Under the pieces are notes generated by a model. The model had not been told where the DNA came from, did no database searches, and saw only the letters and a program-made list of their open reading frames with translations. Of a stretch of DNA of 64,000 nucleotides, positions 28,091 through 38,941 are shown in pieces. This DNA comes from a bacterium (lineage in GTDB: Bacteria > UBA8248). Where the stretch lies: contig CBDCRP010000003.1 of the NCBI GenBank assembly GCA_965221165.1, positions 1,728,001 through 1,792,000 of the forward strand. The letters are read 5' to 3'. A program made the position numbers and the translations under genes. Position 1 is the first letter of the stretch, and the number at the start of each line of letters is the position of its first letter.

Positions 28091-29182
28091 TTACTCCAGC
28101 CGCGCCCCACTTTCCGCATCGAAAAAGTGTATCGCGCTCGATTGAAAACCAAAGCGGATTTGATCGCCGGGGCTGAACTCGCGCTCGGCGTCGACTTTGG
28201 CCACGAGAAACTCCTCATCCCCGCAGGAGAAGAAAACGAGCGTTTCGTCTCCCATCGGTTCGATGAGCCGCACCTCGCCGGGCGCTCCCTCATCCCCGAT
28301 GGTTACGTTCTCGGAGCGCACGCCGATATTGAGTGTTTTGTTTCCGGCGGATGCGGGCACGACATCCGGCGCGAGGTTCATCTCGAAATGCTCGGACAGG
28401 AACCTGGAAGAGCCGTTGTTTTCAATATGCCCCGAGATGACGTTCATCGTCGGTTGACCGAAGAACGTGGCGACGAACTGATTCTTGGGTTTCCTGTATA
28501 TTCCGAGAGGGGTATCGATCTGCTGCACATAGCCGCTTTCCATGACCATGATGCGGTCCGCCATCGTCATGGCTTCGGCCTGATCGTGGGTGACGTAGAC
28601 GAAGGTGGATTTCAAATTCTCGTGGAGGCGCTTGAGTTCGGTGCGCATCTCGATGCGCAGCTTGGCGTCCAGGCTGGAGAGCGGCTCGTCCATGAGCAGG
28701 ACTTGCGGCTGGGTCACGATCGTTCGCGCCAGGGCGACCCGCTGCGCCTCGCCGCCTGAGCACTGGGCTGGTTTTTTGGAAAGAATGTAGGAGATCTTCA
28801 TGGTTTGGGCGACTTTCGAAACCCGCTCCTTCACCTCCGCGTCAGGCCTCTTGTCCACCCGCAAACCGAAGGCGATGTTTTCAAAGACGCTCATGTGGGG
28901 AAACAGGGCGAGGTCCTGGAACACCATCCCAAGACCCCGGTCTCCCGGTTCGAGGTGATTCACCACGCGATCGCCTATCAGCATCGTGCCGCTCGTGGGT
29001 TCCTCGAATCCGGAAATCATGTTGAGCGTGGTGGTTTTTCCGCAGCCCGAAGGCCCGACCACCACCATGAACTCGCCGTCAATCACCTCGAGGTCGACAC
29101 CCGCGACCGCGGTGACGGTTTCACCAAATTTTTTGACAAGGTTTTTGAGCGTGATGGACGCCACCGCAATTTTCCCCTTCAA
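28091..29182 (-). CDS. Carbohydrate ABC transporter ATPase (MalK/UgpC-like)
   Basis: GPSGCGKTT, SGGEAQR, DEPLSSLD, VTHDQAEAMT, C-terminal TOBE region. Confidence 0.92.
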   Translation of the reverse strand: MKGKIAVASITLKNLVKKFGETVTAVAGVDLEVIDGEFMVVVGPSGCGKTTTLNMISGFEEPTSGTMLIGDRVVNHLEPGDRGLGMVFQDLALFPHMSVFENIAFGLRVDKRPDAEVKERVSKVAQTMKISYILSKKPAQCSGGEAQRVALARTIVTQPQVLLMDEPLSSLDAKLRIEMRTELKRLHENLKSTFVYVTHDQAEAMTMADRIMVMESGYVQQIDTPLGIYRKPKNQFVATFFGQPTMNVISGHIENNGSSRFLSEHFEMNLAPDVVPASAGNKTLNIGVRSENVTIGDEGAPGEVRLIEPMGDETLVFFSCGDEEFLVAKVDAEREFSPGDQIRFGFQSSAIHFFDAESGARLE

Positions 29183-29585
29183 ATTCGATGATCAACGAAC
29201 ATCGTCCCGAGCGTAATGGACGATGCGGTAGAAAGATTTTGCTCTGATAGTGGAATTATGCGCGGATTTATCTTTTTTTTCAACCACTTCTTTTAGCGCC
29301 TCGACCCCGACGCCTTGAGCCCGCGTGATGCGGGGGCGATTTTGGGCTTCAAATTTCTCTGATTTGTTTGGCCGAGAGATATGCAGGCATTCGGCCCCCA
29401 AGCGGTTCTGCTTTCGTTTCTCATTTGAGCGCTCGATAAAATTGCGCAGGCGCGAGAAGGCGTCGACACGAGGGAGCGTAGCGATTCGTTATTTTCCTCG
29501 TGTTGAATTTATTTGCATAATTGATTACTAGAACAAGGTTCCATACAAACCGGGTTGATGCCTTGATTGGTGGTGGGGGATAAAG

Positions 29586-30278
29586 TTGGCTCAAAAAATT
29601 CTCGTCATAGAAGACGAGTCCGATATTCGCGAACTTCTGACCTACAACCTCGACCTGGAAGGGTTCGAGGTGGTGGGCGTGGCCAACGGCGAGGATGCCT
29701 TGAAGGCGCTCAAGACCGAATCGGTTCAGTTGGTCGTTCTCGATCTGATGCTTCCCGATATTTCGGGTCTTGAGATTTGCCGCTACATCCGGCGCGATTC
29801 CGCCCTGAGCCGGCTTCCCGTCATCATGCTGACCGCCAAGGGCGAAGAGGTGGACCGGATCGTCGGCTTCGAGTTGGGCGCGGACGATTACGTGACCAAG
29901 CCCTTCAACATCCGGGAAATGATCCTGCGGGTGAAAGCGGTGCTCGCGCGATCGAAGATGACGCCGGTTGCGGGCAAAGCGCTCAAGCGCGGCGCGCTCA
30001 CCATCGATCCCGAGCAATACGAAGCGACGGTGGATGGGCGCCAGCTCTCCTTGACGGCGACGGAATTCCGCCTTTTGCATCATCTGGCGGCTCACCCGGG
30101 GCACGCCCGGAATCGTGACGAGTTGCTCGACATCATCTGGGGAGAAGACAAATTCGTCACTCCGCGCACCGTGGACACGTATATCCGCCGCCTCCGGGAG
30201 AAGCTCGGCCCGGCGGGGGACATGATCCAGACGCTTCGGGGCGTAGGCTACCGGTTCCGGAAAATGTCCGAAGAGTAA
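29586..30278 (+). CDS. phoB: Phosphate regulon response regulator PhoB/PhoP
   Basis: Receiver (VIEDE, LDLMLP, GADDYVTKPF) plus winged helix (RTVDTYIRRLREKL, RGVGY); upstream of phoR-pst. Confidence 0.9.
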   Translation: MAQKILVIEDESDIRELLTYNLDLEGFEVVGVANGEDALKALKTESVQLVVLDLMLPDISGLEICRYIRRDSALSRLPVIMLTAKGEEVDRIVGFELGADDYVTKPFNIREMILRVKAVLARSKMTPVAGKALKRGALTIDPEQYEATVDGRQLSLTATEFRLLHHLAAHPGHARNRDELLDIIWGEDKFVTPRTVDTYIRRLREKLGPAGDMIQTLRGVGYRFRKMSEE

Positions 30279-30308
30279 GCCTACCTGGCGCTTGGGGGAA
30301 ACCCGAAT

Positions 30309-32084
30309 ATGCGCAAGTCGTTCTACAAGAAGCTGATGGCGAGCTATCTGGTAGTCATCACCGTGGTGTTCGCGGCGGGGATGATCTATCTCCATTTCGG
30401 CCTCTCCGCCCAGTTGATGGAGCAGGCGAAAGAGAATCTCGCGCGCAATGCGCGCCTCGCCCGCCGCCAGTTGGTTTCATCGACTTCCCGGAACCCGCAG
30501 AGTTACCGGATGGATGAACTCGTCGATGAAATCGGCCGCGCGCTTGGAGTGCGGGTGACCGTCGTATCTCCCTCGGGGCGGTTGCTTGCGGATTCCGACC
30601 TCGCGCTCGATTCATCGAAGAAAGTCCAAAGTCGCGCCGACCGGCCCGAAGTCATCGCGGCGAGGAAGAAGGGAATGGGTTCGAGCGTCCGGCGCAGTCC
30701 GATGGGCGAGGGGGATTTGCTCTATCTGGCTCTTCCGATAGGCGCGGGCCCGGTTTCCGGCGGCGTGATTCGGCTGGCGATGAGCCTTCGGGAAATCGAG
30801 GAGACGATAGGCAAGATGCGGGGTCTTCTCCTCCTGGCCGGCGTTTTCGCGTTCTTGCTCGCCGTCGCGGTCAGCTTCGGGGCGGGGGTGATCGTGCGTC
30901 GGGGGTTTGACGAGGTCTACAATGCCGTGGAGAAGATTTCCCGCGGCGACTTCAGCTACCGCATCGCTTCCAGGCGCCGGGATGAGTTGGGCGAACTCGC
31001 CCGAACCATGGACAGGCTCGCCTCGGAAGTGGAGGCCCATCTCGATGAACTGCGTGACGAGCGCGACCGGCTGGAGGCGATTCTCGAAGGAATGACCGAG
31101 GGCGTCATGGTCACGAACGCCTCGGGCGACATCCTTCTCGTGAATTCCGCGATCAGGGATTTCTTTCCCTCGCTCCCGGGTTTCGAGGACGGCGCGCCGA
31201 TCCCCCTGGAGGCCGTGCGCTCCACCGAGGTGCAGGAAGCGGTGCGGGATATGCTCTCGCGCTCCGCCACCCGGATGGAGCGTGAGGTCGAAGTGCTGCC
31301 CGCCCGCACGTTGACCCTGCACGCCAAGCGGGCGAGGGCGGAAAAGGAATCGAACCTCGTTCTGGTGTTTCACGACATCACCGAGGTCAAACGGCTCGCG
31401 GGAATTCGGCGGGAGTTCACCGCCAACGTCTCCCATGAGTTGCGCACGCCCTTGACGGCGATACAGTGGGCGTCCCAGACGCTCGAAGCGACGGCGCACT
31501 CCGACCCCGAGGCGACGCGCCGGTTCGCCTCGACCATCAATCGGCACGCCCGGCGGCTCTCGGCCCTGGTGGAGGACCTGCTCGAGTTGGGCAGGATAGA
31601 ATCCAAGGAAGAACACGTCCGGCCCGAGGAAGTTTCCATACGAAGCGCGATGGACTCGGTCGCGCATACGCTGGCTCCCGCCGTCGAGAAAAGAGGCATT
31701 CGCCTGGTTATGGAAGTTCCCGAGGAGGCCGACCGTGTCTGGGCGGACCCGGCGGCCCTGGAGAGGATTCTGATCAATTTGGCCGAAAACGGGGTGAACT
31801 ACAGTTCGGAGGGAAGCCGAATCAGCGTTTCGGTAGAGTTGCGCGGAGATGGTTTCGTCGAGGTTGCCGTGGCCGATCAGGGAGAGGGAATTCCCCCCGA
31901 GCATCTTTCCCGCATATTCGAGCGGTTCTACCGGGTGGATTCGGCTCGCTCCCGGGAGAATGGGGGCACGGGCTTGGGGCTCTCCATCGTGAAGCATCTC
32001 GTCCAGGAAATGGGTGGAGACGTGTGGGTCGAGAGCGCTCCCGGCCGGGGTTCCACCTTCCGCTTCACCATTCCCACCCCCTGA
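30309..32084 (+). CDS. phoR: Sensor histidine kinase PhoR
   Basis: Two TM segments, HAMP, PAS-like region, ANVSHELRTPL, FERFYRVD..RSR..GGTGLGL. Confidence 0.9.
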   Translation: MRKSFYKKLMASYLVVITVVFAAGMIYLHFGLSAQLMEQAKENLARNARLARRQLVSSTSRNPQSYRMDELVDEIGRALGVRVTVVSPSGRLLADSDLALDSSKKVQSRADRPEVIAARKKGMGSSVRRSPMGEGDLLYLALPIGAGPVSGGVIRLAMSLREIEETIGKMRGLLLLAGVFAFLLAVAVSFGAGVIVRRGFDEVYNAVEKISRGDFSYRIASRRRDELGELARTMDRLASEVEAHLDELRDERDRLEAILEGMTEGVMVTNASGDILLVNSAIRDFFPSLPGFEDGAPIPLEAVRSTEVQEAVRDMLSRSATRMEREVEVLPARTLTLHAKRARAEKESNLVLVFHDITEVKRLAGIRREFTANVSHELRTPLTAIQWASQTLEATAHSDPEATRRFASTINRHARRLSALVEDLLELGRIESKEEHVRPEEVSIRSAMDSVAHTLAPAVEKRGIRLVMEVPEEADRVWADPAALERILINLAENGVNYSSEGSRISVSVELRGDGFVEVAVADQGEGIPPEHLSRIFERFYRVDSARSRENGGTGLGLSIVKHLVQEMGGDVWVESAPGRGSTFRFTIPTP

Positions 32085-32212
32085 GAGGGGAAATTCCCTC
32101 TTTTCTCCGTATTTTGGTTCAAGCGCGCCTCGTTTCAGGGCGATTCCGCGCGTTGCGCCTCCCGGATCGATTGGAAAGAAGCCGGCGTCCCGGTAAATTG
32201 ATTTGTCCGAAA

Positions 32213-32267
32213 AGTCACGCCATTTTCATCCTTTCGTAACATTTCCGGCCCCTTTTTTCTCTATAGT
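32213..32267 (+). promoter_or_regulatory. Distal Pho-box array with -10
   Basis: AGTCAC 32213, TTTCAT 32224, CGTAAC 32235 (11-bp spacing); TATAGT at 32262. Confidence 0.5.
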
Positions 32268-32423
32268 CCGTCTCGTTCGGGGAAATAATCGCGCCACTGA
32301 GTGTATCCACCCATGGCTGCCGACGCGCAGCCGCCGAAAGAGGCGATGAAATTCTCCGTGCGGCGATGTCCGCAGGTTGTAACGAATGGGTTCTGCTTGG
32401 TTCTCGAAGGTGAAAAATGTCCG

Positions 32424-32489
32424 TGTCGCGGTATGTTCACTGTTTTGTCGCACAAATGTAACAAAGTCTTTCCCTTTTTCCTGTAGCTT
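32424..32489 (+). promoter_or_regulatory. Proximal Pho-box array with -10 upstream of pstS
   Basis: TGTCGC 32424, GTTCAC 32435, TGTCGC 32446, TGTAAC 32457 (11-bp spacing); TAGCTT at 32484. Confidence 0.65.
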
Positions 32490-32515
32490 CAACCCGTCCA
32501 AAGGAGGCAGGTGGA

Positions 32516-33526
32516 ATGTCGGTAGCCAGCAGGTTTTTGAAAATTTTGGGATTGGCCGTTGCGGCTGCGATTTGCTTCGTGTTCGTTGCGCAGCCCGGCA
32601 ACGCCGCCCTGATGGTGGACCCGAAATTGCCCGTCTACAAGGCCACCAGCGGCGTTTCCGGGAACGTGAAATCCGTGGGTTCCGATACGCTGAACAACCT
32701 CATGACGCTTTGGGCCGAAGGCTTCAGGCGCTCCTACCCGGACGTGAAAATCGAGATCGAGGGCAAAGGCTCCTCCACGGCTCCTCCCGCGCTCATCGCC
32801 GGTACTTCGAACTTCGGCCCGATGTCGCGCGCCATGAAATCCAAGGAAATGGATGCTTTCGAGAAGAAGTTCGGTTACAAGCCGGGCCGCATCCGCGTCG
32901 CCGTGGACGCCCTGGCCGTTTTCACGAACAAGGACAACCCTCTCAAGTGCCTGAGCCTGCCGCAGGTCGACGCCATTTTCTCCAAGACCCGCAAGGGCGG
33001 CATGAGGTCGGACATCGGCACGTGGGGCGAGGTCGGCCTCAAGGGCATGTGGGCGAGCAAGCCGGTTTCCGTGTATGGCCGTAACTCGGCTTCGGGCACG
33101 TATGGCTACTTCAAGAAAGTGGCCCTCTACAAAGGCGACTACAAAGACTCCGTGAAAGAGCAGCCCGGCTCCTCGGCGGTCGTGCAGGGTGTGGCCTCCG
33201 ACAGGTTCGCCTTCGGCTACTCCGGCATCGGATACAAGACGGCGGACGTCATCGCGCTCCCGATTTCCAAAAAGACCGGCGGCAAATGCTATGGGCCCGA
33301 AGCCAGGAATGCCTATTCGGGCAACTACCCGATCGCGCGTTTCCTCTACATCTACGTCAACAAGAACCCGAACCGGTCGCTCGATCCCCTGAGGGCGCAG
33401 TTCATCAAATACATTTTCTCGAAAGCCGGTCAGCAGGCCGTCATCAAGGCCGGATTTTTCCCGGTGAACGCGGCCATCGCCAAGCAGGACCTGAGCGCCC
33501 TCGGCCTCGGGATGGGAAGCAGCTAG
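32516..33526 (+). CDS. pstS: Phosphate ABC transporter substrate-binding protein
   Basis: SVGSDTL, GKGSSTAPPAL, YGRNSASGTYGYFK, YPIARFLYIYVNK. Confidence 0.95.
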   Translation: MSVASRFLKILGLAVAAAICFVFVAQPGNAALMVDPKLPVYKATSGVSGNVKSVGSDTLNNLMTLWAEGFRRSYPDVKIEIEGKGSSTAPPALIAGTSNFGPMSRAMKSKEMDAFEKKFGYKPGRIRVAVDALAVFTNKDNPLKCLSLPQVDAIFSKTRKGGMRSDIGTWGEVGLKGMWASKPVSVYGRNSASGTYGYFKKVALYKGDYKDSVKEQPGSSAVVQGVASDRFAFGYSGIGYKTADVIALPISKKTGGKCYGPEARNAYSGNYPIARFLYIYVNKNPNRSLDPLRAQFIKYIFSKAGQQAVIKAGFFPVNAAIAKQDLSALGLGMGSS

Positions 33527-33549
33527 TTTTTCCGATTTAGTGCAGCGTC

Positions 33550-33579
33550 GGGGACGACGGAGCGGATTCGTCGTCCCCC
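33550..33579 (+). terminator. Stem-loop after pstS
   Basis: GGGGACGACGGA-loop-TTCGTCGTCCCC. Confidence 0.6.
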
Positions 33580-33604
33580 CGCTTTCATTTTGGAAAAGAG
33601 AGAT

Positions 33605-36241
33605 ATGAGCAACGGACAAGTTCCGGACGCAGACGATAAAGGGCGGAGGAAGCCGGGGCAGACGCGCGACCTGAGCGCGAGGCAATCCGTCCGGATAATC
33701 GACAAGATCGCCACGAAGGTGATTACCATCGGCGGACTTTTCGTCATTTTGGCCGTTCTCGGAATCATGGCGTTTCTCGTTGCGGTGGCCCTGCCGCTGT
33801 TTGCCGGAGAGACGATAACCGGCTCGGGCGTCTTCCGGGTCGCGAAGCCCCAAAGCCCTCTCCTCAGCGTCGAGGTGGACGATTACAACACCTTGGCCGT
33901 TTTGGTGCCGGATGACGGCGTTTTGACTCCCGTCCACGCATTGACCGGAAAACCGCTCAAGCAGCGGAAACTCGATTTCGGGAATGCGCGGGCGACCGCT
34001 TTTGCGCGAACGCTCAGCGGCGGAAACATCGCATTCGGCTTCGCGGATGGAACGGTCCGGTTCGGTAAAATCAACTTTCGGACACAAGTGTTGCCCGCCG
34101 ACAGGACGCCGAAGGGGCTCACCAGAATCAACGATCGCGATTTGAGCGACGGACGCTTTGTTTTTTCAAAAATTCCGGGTGAGCAGGTTCGGAAAATCTG
34201 GGTGGAAGCGGAGGTCGAGGAACCGCAACAGGTCGCGCCGAAAGGGACGGCCATCGTCAAACTCGATTACAAGGTGGGAGGAACGCCCGAACGACCGAGC
34301 ATCTCCTTCGCCTCGGTGGACGCCGGGGGTGTGGCGCGCCTGAGCCTGACGGAGACAAAGGTCAATCTTCTGACGGGGCAGACCACTTCGTCCGTGGAGA
34401 GCGTGGTTCTGCCCGATCTGCCCCGACAGGCGCGCGTCGTGGGCATACTCCTCACGGAAAAAGCCGATAAGGTGTATGTCGGCGTCGAAAAAGGGTTCCT
34501 CCTGCGCTACGATACCAGAAACTTCGACGCCGTATCCTTGGTGGAAAAGCGCGACCTCTTGTCCCCGGATGAAAAATTGACGGTGTTCAAAACGCTCATC
34601 GGCGAGGAAGCCATCGTTGCGGGGGGCTCCAAAGGGTCTTTGAGCGTCTTTTTCCAGGTGCGCAGGCCGGGTGCGGTGACGTCGGACGGGCTGGTGATGG
34701 TGCGCGCGCACGAACTCGAGAAACACGCTGCGGGCGTTTCGGGCTTTTCCGCTTCCCAGCGAAGCCGGATGTTCATCACGATGGATTCAGGCGGGGACGT
34801 TTGGCTCCGTCATTCCACGAGCGAGTCGACCCTGCTGCGCTTTCAGGTGAAAGACATGGCGAGTGGTTCCAGGCGCTTCGTCCGCCTTTCTCCCCGCGAT
34901 GACGCGGTCGTCGCTGCGGATCAGAACGGTGTGGTGAATTTCTGGAAATTCTCGGCCGAACACCCCGAGACGACTTTTCAGACCCTGTTCGGGAAGGTTT
35001 GGTACGAAAATTATCCCAAGCCCGAGTATACGTGGCAATCCTCTTCGGGAGACGACGCGTTCGAGGAGAAGATATCCCTCATCCCGCTGATATTCGGAAC
35101 CATCAAGGGAACGGTCTACTCCCTGATTTTCGCGATACCCATCGCGGTGCTGGGCGCTATTTTCACCTCCGAGTTCATTGGTCCGGAAGTCCGCTCCGTC
35201 GTGAAGCCCGCAATGGAGATGATGGCCTCGCTGCCTTCGGTGGTTCTCGGCTTCGTGGCCGCCCTGATTCTGGCGCCCGTCGTGGAAACATGGATCGCCG
35301 CGGTCCTTCTCACGTTCATGCTGATCCCGTTTCTCCTGCTGCTCTCGGCCTATCTATGGCAACTGATGCCGCCGCGCATCTCCCTCCCCTTGTCGGGATT
35401 TCCGAAAATCAGTCTGGTTTTCTTCGTGGTCATCCTGGGCATGCTGCTCGGCTACCGGGTCGGGCCGGTTTTCGAGGGGCTTTTCTTCGGCGGCGACTTC
35501 AAGGCCTGGGCGAACGGGAACATCGGAATGGCGACGCCGATGCTGTTCATTATTTTCTTTCCCGTGTCTTTCCTGCTCACCGCTTTCGGAGCCGAGCGGC
35601 TTTTCGGGTATGAATGGAAACAAAGACTCAGGCGGATGCCCCATTCGCGGAGCGCGTTCTTCGAACTTCTTCGCTGGTTCGGAATGCTGGTTGCCGCCGC
35701 GCTGCTGAGTTGGGTGACGGCCATGGTGCTCACGGCGCTCGGCCTGGATGCGCGCGGCGGGGTAATCGACACCTACGTCCAGCGCAACTCCCTCGTCGTG
35801 GGCTTCGCGATGGGCTTCGCCGTCATTCCGCTCATCTACACCATCGCCGAGGATGCGCTCAATTCGGTGCCGGGCCATCTCCGGGCGGCGAGCCTCGCTT
35901 GCGGCGCAACGCCTTGGCAGACGGCCCTTTGGGTCATCCTGCCCACAGCGGCCAGCGGAATTTTCGCCGCCGTGATGATCGGCATGGGCCGCGCGGTGGG
36001 TGAAACGATGATCGTCGTCATGGCGGCGGGGAATACCCCGGTTCTGGATTGGAACATTTTCTCGGGCCTCAGAGCGCTTTCGGCGAACATCGCGGTGGAG
36101 CTTCCAGAAGCCGTGAAGGACGGGACGCTCTACCGCGTGCTGTTCCTGGCGGCCCTCGTCCTCTTCGCGATGACGTTCATCGTCAATACGGTGGCGGAGG
36201 TGGTTCGCCTCCGCTTCCGCAAGCGCGCCGCGCAGTTGTGA
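33605..36241 (+). CDS. pstC: Phosphate ABC permease PstC with large extracytoplasmic domain
   Basis: C-terminal PLIFGTIK, EMMASLPSVV, GRAVGETMIV, SANIAVELPEA; long N-terminal beta-rich insertion. Confidence 0.9.
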   Translation: MSNGQVPDADDKGRRKPGQTRDLSARQSVRIIDKIATKVITIGGLFVILAVLGIMAFLVAVALPLFAGETITGSGVFRVAKPQSPLLSVEVDDYNTLAVLVPDDGVLTPVHALTGKPLKQRKLDFGNARATAFARTLSGGNIAFGFADGTVRFGKINFRTQVLPADRTPKGLTRINDRDLSDGRFVFSKIPGEQVRKIWVEAEVEEPQQVAPKGTAIVKLDYKVGGTPERPSISFASVDAGGVARLSLTETKVNLLTGQTTSSVESVVLPDLPRQARVVGILLTEKADKVYVGVEKGFLLRYDTRNFDAVSLVEKRDLLSPDEKLTVFKTLIGEEAIVAGGSKGSLSVFFQVRRPGAVTSDGLVMVRAHELEKHAAGVSGFSASQRSRMFITMDSGGDVWLRHSTSESTLLRFQVKDMASGSRRFVRLSPRDDAVVAADQNGVVNFWKFSAEHPETTFQTLFGKVWYENYPKPEYTWQSSSGDDAFEEKISLIPLIFGTIKGTVYSLIFAIPIAVLGAIFTSEFIGPEVRSVVKPAMEMMASLPSVVLGFVAALILAPVVETWIAAVLLTFMLIPFLLLLSAYLWQLMPPRISLPLSGFPKISLVFFVVILGMLLGYRVGPVFEGLFFGGDFKAWANGNIGMATPMLFIIFFPVSFLLTAFGAERLFGYEWKQRLRRMPHSRSAFFELLRWFGMLVAAALLSWVTAMVLTALGLDARGGVIDTYVQRNSLVVGFAMGFAVIPLIYTIAEDALNSVPGHLRAASLACGATPWQTALWVILPTAASGIFAAVMIGMGRAVGETMIVVMAAGNTPVLDWNIFSGLRALSANIAVELPEAVKDGTLYRVLFLAALVLFAMTFIVNTVAEVVRLRFRKRAAQL

Positions 36242-36248
36242 GGATAGG

Positions 36249-38075
36249 ATGAAGGCGAAAGATCCAAAACAACAAAAGGAAAAGCAAAAGGCGCAGATGC
36301 CGGTTCCGGGAGGCGACTCGGGCAACGACAAAGAGCCAACACCCGAAGCGGCGCAGACCGCCGAAGTGGGGGAAAGCCCGCCTGGCAGGACGGGTATTCG
36401 CGCCGCGATCGATTTCAGGGCCAGAGGCGAGCCCTTCATCTGGATAATGGGCGGAGCGCTCGCTCTCGGCGTATTGATGATCGTCGGTTTTCTCGCCCTC
36501 GTTCTATGGAACGGCATCGTGACGTTTTATCCGGGTCCGGTGGAAGTGGTGACGCTCAAAAATGGCCGGCGCATCGCCGGCGAGCCGTTTCGCTCGGAGA
36601 GCTTCCGCCCCTCCGAGGAGCAGTTGAAAGGGGTCGACCCGGAATCCCGGCGCGCCATCCGGGAGGCGGACGGATTTGCGAGTCGCACGCTCTACCGGAT
36701 CGGAAATTTCGACATCTACAACGAGGACTTCAAATGGGCGGTGGAGCATCAAGTCGCCAAGACCGAGACTCCGCCCGGCGTATTCTTCATCGAGCGTAGG
36801 GAATGGGGCCCGTTTGTCGGCTTCATCAAGACCCTGAGCATCGATGGCCGCCGCGTCCCGGGCGAAAAAATGTCCCTGGATGAGTTGTACGCGGCCCATG
36901 ACGGGGCGGTCGACCGGAGGAGCGCGATTCGCTCCATCGAGGCGGACGAGATAGGCGCCATTAACTACTACATCGAAGAAGATCGGCTCGCCTTGCGGCG
37001 CATCGCGCTGGACTACGGGAATAACAGCGATGCGTATCGCATCGAGAAAGAGAAGTTCGAGCGCCGGACGAAGGAGAGGCGGGCCGGATTCGCGGTGCTC
37101 AAGAAAAGAATCGCCGCGATCAACAAAGAGGATGAGAAATACAAGATCACCCTCCAGGAGATCGGCGGCCGCGAGAAAAACCTGAGGCTCTCCGATATCG
37201 TTCGCATCTACCCGGCCAATAATCTCTCGATCTTCGGGAAGATCGGCGTCTATTTCTCCCGGTGGGGAGAGTTTTTGACGGACGACCCGAGGGAGGCGAA
37301 TACCGAGGGCGGCGTCTTGCCGGCGATTTTCGGCACCGTCATGATGACGCTGCTCATGGTCGTCTTCGTCGCCCCCTTCGGCGTAATCACGGCCCTTTAC
37401 CTGCGTGAATACGCCAAACAGGGAACTCTGGTTTCCATCGTGCGCATCTGCGTGAACAACCTGGCGGGCGTTCCCTCCATCGTCTACGGCGTGTTCGGCC
37501 TCGGGTTTTTCGCCTACACCGTCGGGGTGAGAATCGACCAGTTGTTTTATCCAGAACGCCTCCCCAACCCGACGTTCGGGACGGGCGGTCTTTTGTGGGC
37601 CTCCCTCACGCTGGCGCTCCTCACCGTTCCCGTGGTGATCGTGGCGACAGAGGAGGCGCTCGCCGCCGTTCCCCGCTCCATGCGGGAGGGTTCTCTCGCC
37701 TGCGGCGCCTCGAAATGGCAGACCATCCGGAACATCGTTATGCCCCAGGCGATGCCGGGCATCATGACCGGCCTCATACTGGCGATGGCGCGCGGCGCGG
37801 GCGAAGTGGCGCCCCTCATGCTCGTGGGGGTGGTGAAGCTCGCTCCCGAGCTTCCCTTCGACAGCTTCTTTCCGTTCCTGCACCCCGAGAGAAGCTTCAT
37901 GCACCTGGGCTTCCATATCTACGACGTGGGCTTCCAGTCCCGAAACTCCGAAGCCGGGAAACCCATGGTTTTCGTCACGACGCTTCTTCTGATCGGGATC
38001 ATCGCCTTCATGAACGCTTTCGCCATCATGGTGCGCAACCGCCTTCGCCGGAAGTTCGTGGAAGGCCAATTTTAA
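36249..38075 (+). CDS. pstA: Phosphate ABC permease PstA (long form)
   Basis: PREANTEGGVLPAIFGT, NLAGVPSIVYG, ARGAGEVAPL. Confidence 0.93.
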   Translation: MKAKDPKQQKEKQKAQMPVPGGDSGNDKEPTPEAAQTAEVGESPPGRTGIRAAIDFRARGEPFIWIMGGALALGVLMIVGFLALVLWNGIVTFYPGPVEVVTLKNGRRIAGEPFRSESFRPSEEQLKGVDPESRRAIREADGFASRTLYRIGNFDIYNEDFKWAVEHQVAKTETPPGVFFIERREWGPFVGFIKTLSIDGRRVPGEKMSLDELYAAHDGAVDRRSAIRSIEADEIGAINYYIEEDRLALRRIALDYGNNSDAYRIEKEKFERRTKERRAGFAVLKKRIAAINKEDEKYKITLQEIGGREKNLRLSDIVRIYPANNLSIFGKIGVYFSRWGEFLTDDPREANTEGGVLPAIFGTVMMTLLMVVFVAPFGVITALYLREYAKQGTLVSIVRICVNNLAGVPSIVYGVFGLGFFAYTVGVRIDQLFYPERLPNPTFGTGGLLWASLTLALLTVPVVIVATEEALAAVPRSMREGSLACGASKWQTIRNIVMPQAMPGIMTGLILAMARGAGEVAPLMLVGVVKLAPELPFDSFFPFLHPERSFMHLGFHIYDVGFQSRNSEAGKPMVFVTTLLLIGIIAFMNAFAIMVRNRLRRKFVEGQF

Positions 38076-38090
38076 TGGAGACGTATTGAA

Positions 38091-38921
38091 ATGGTGTCCA
38101 ACGCGGCAATAACCGATCTGCAAAACGGGTTCGAAGCGACGGCCTACCATCCCGTTGAAAGCGAACTCGGGAGCGTTATCGACATCGAAAGCTTCAGCCT
38201 CTGGTATAGCGAAAAACAGGCCCTGTTCAACAACACCCTGAAAATCCAGAAAGAGCTCGTCACCGCCCTGATTGGCCCTTCGGGCTGCGGAAAATCCACG
38301 CTCCTTCGCTCGTTCAACCGCATGAACGACCTGATCGACGGCATCCACCGCGATGGAACCATATCGATTGACGGAAGCGAAATTCACGATCCGCGCGTCG
38401 AGGTCATCGAGCTTAGAAAGCGCCTCGGCATGGTTTTCCAAAAGCCCAATCCGTTTCCGATGTCCATATACGAAAACGTGGTCTATCCCCTGCGGGTGGA
38501 CGGAATCCGCAACAAGAGTCTCCTGGAGGAGACCTGCGAGCGCACCCTTCGGGACGCCGCGCTCTGGGACGAGGTGTCCGACCGCCTCCAGGACAACGCG
38601 CTTAGCCTCTCCGGCGGGCAGCAGCAGCGCCTGTGCATCGCCCGGGCGATTGCTTCGGAGCCCGAGATCATTCTGATGGACGAGCCCTGTTCGGCGCTCG
38701 ACCCGATCGCCACGGCGCGGATCGAGGATCTGATCGCGCAACTCAAGGAGCATTTCTCCATCGTCATCGTAACGCACAACATGCAGCAGGCGGCCCGCGT
38801 CTCGGACAACACGGCTTTCATGTTTCTGGGCCGATTGATTGAATACGGGGAGACGAAGAAGATTTTCATGAACCCCATGCACGTTCGGACATCCGATTAC
38901 ATCACCGGCCGGTTCGGCTAG
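38091..38921 (+). CDS. pstB: Phosphate ABC ATPase PstB
   Basis: [44 protein letters not shown]. Confidence 0.97.
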   Translation: MVSNAAITDLQNGFEATAYHPVESELGSVIDIESFSLWYSEKQALFNNTLKIQKELVTALIGPSGCGKSTLLRSFNRMNDLIDGIHRDGTISIDGSEIHDPRVEVIELRKRLGMVFQKPNPFPMSIYENVVYPLRVDGIRNKSLLEETCERTLRDAALWDEVSDRLQDNALSLSGGQQQRLCIARAIASEPEIILMDEPCSALDPIATARIEDLIAQLKEHFSIVIVTHNMQQAARVSDNTAFMFLGRLIEYGETKKIFMNPMHVRTSDYITGRFG

Positions 38922-38941
38922 GTCGCTTGAGGAGGTTTGGC

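Noticed and set aside
33605-38075. Unusually long PstC and PstA as a novelty
   Set aside because: Long forms with large extracytoplasmic domains are already known in several bacterial groups.
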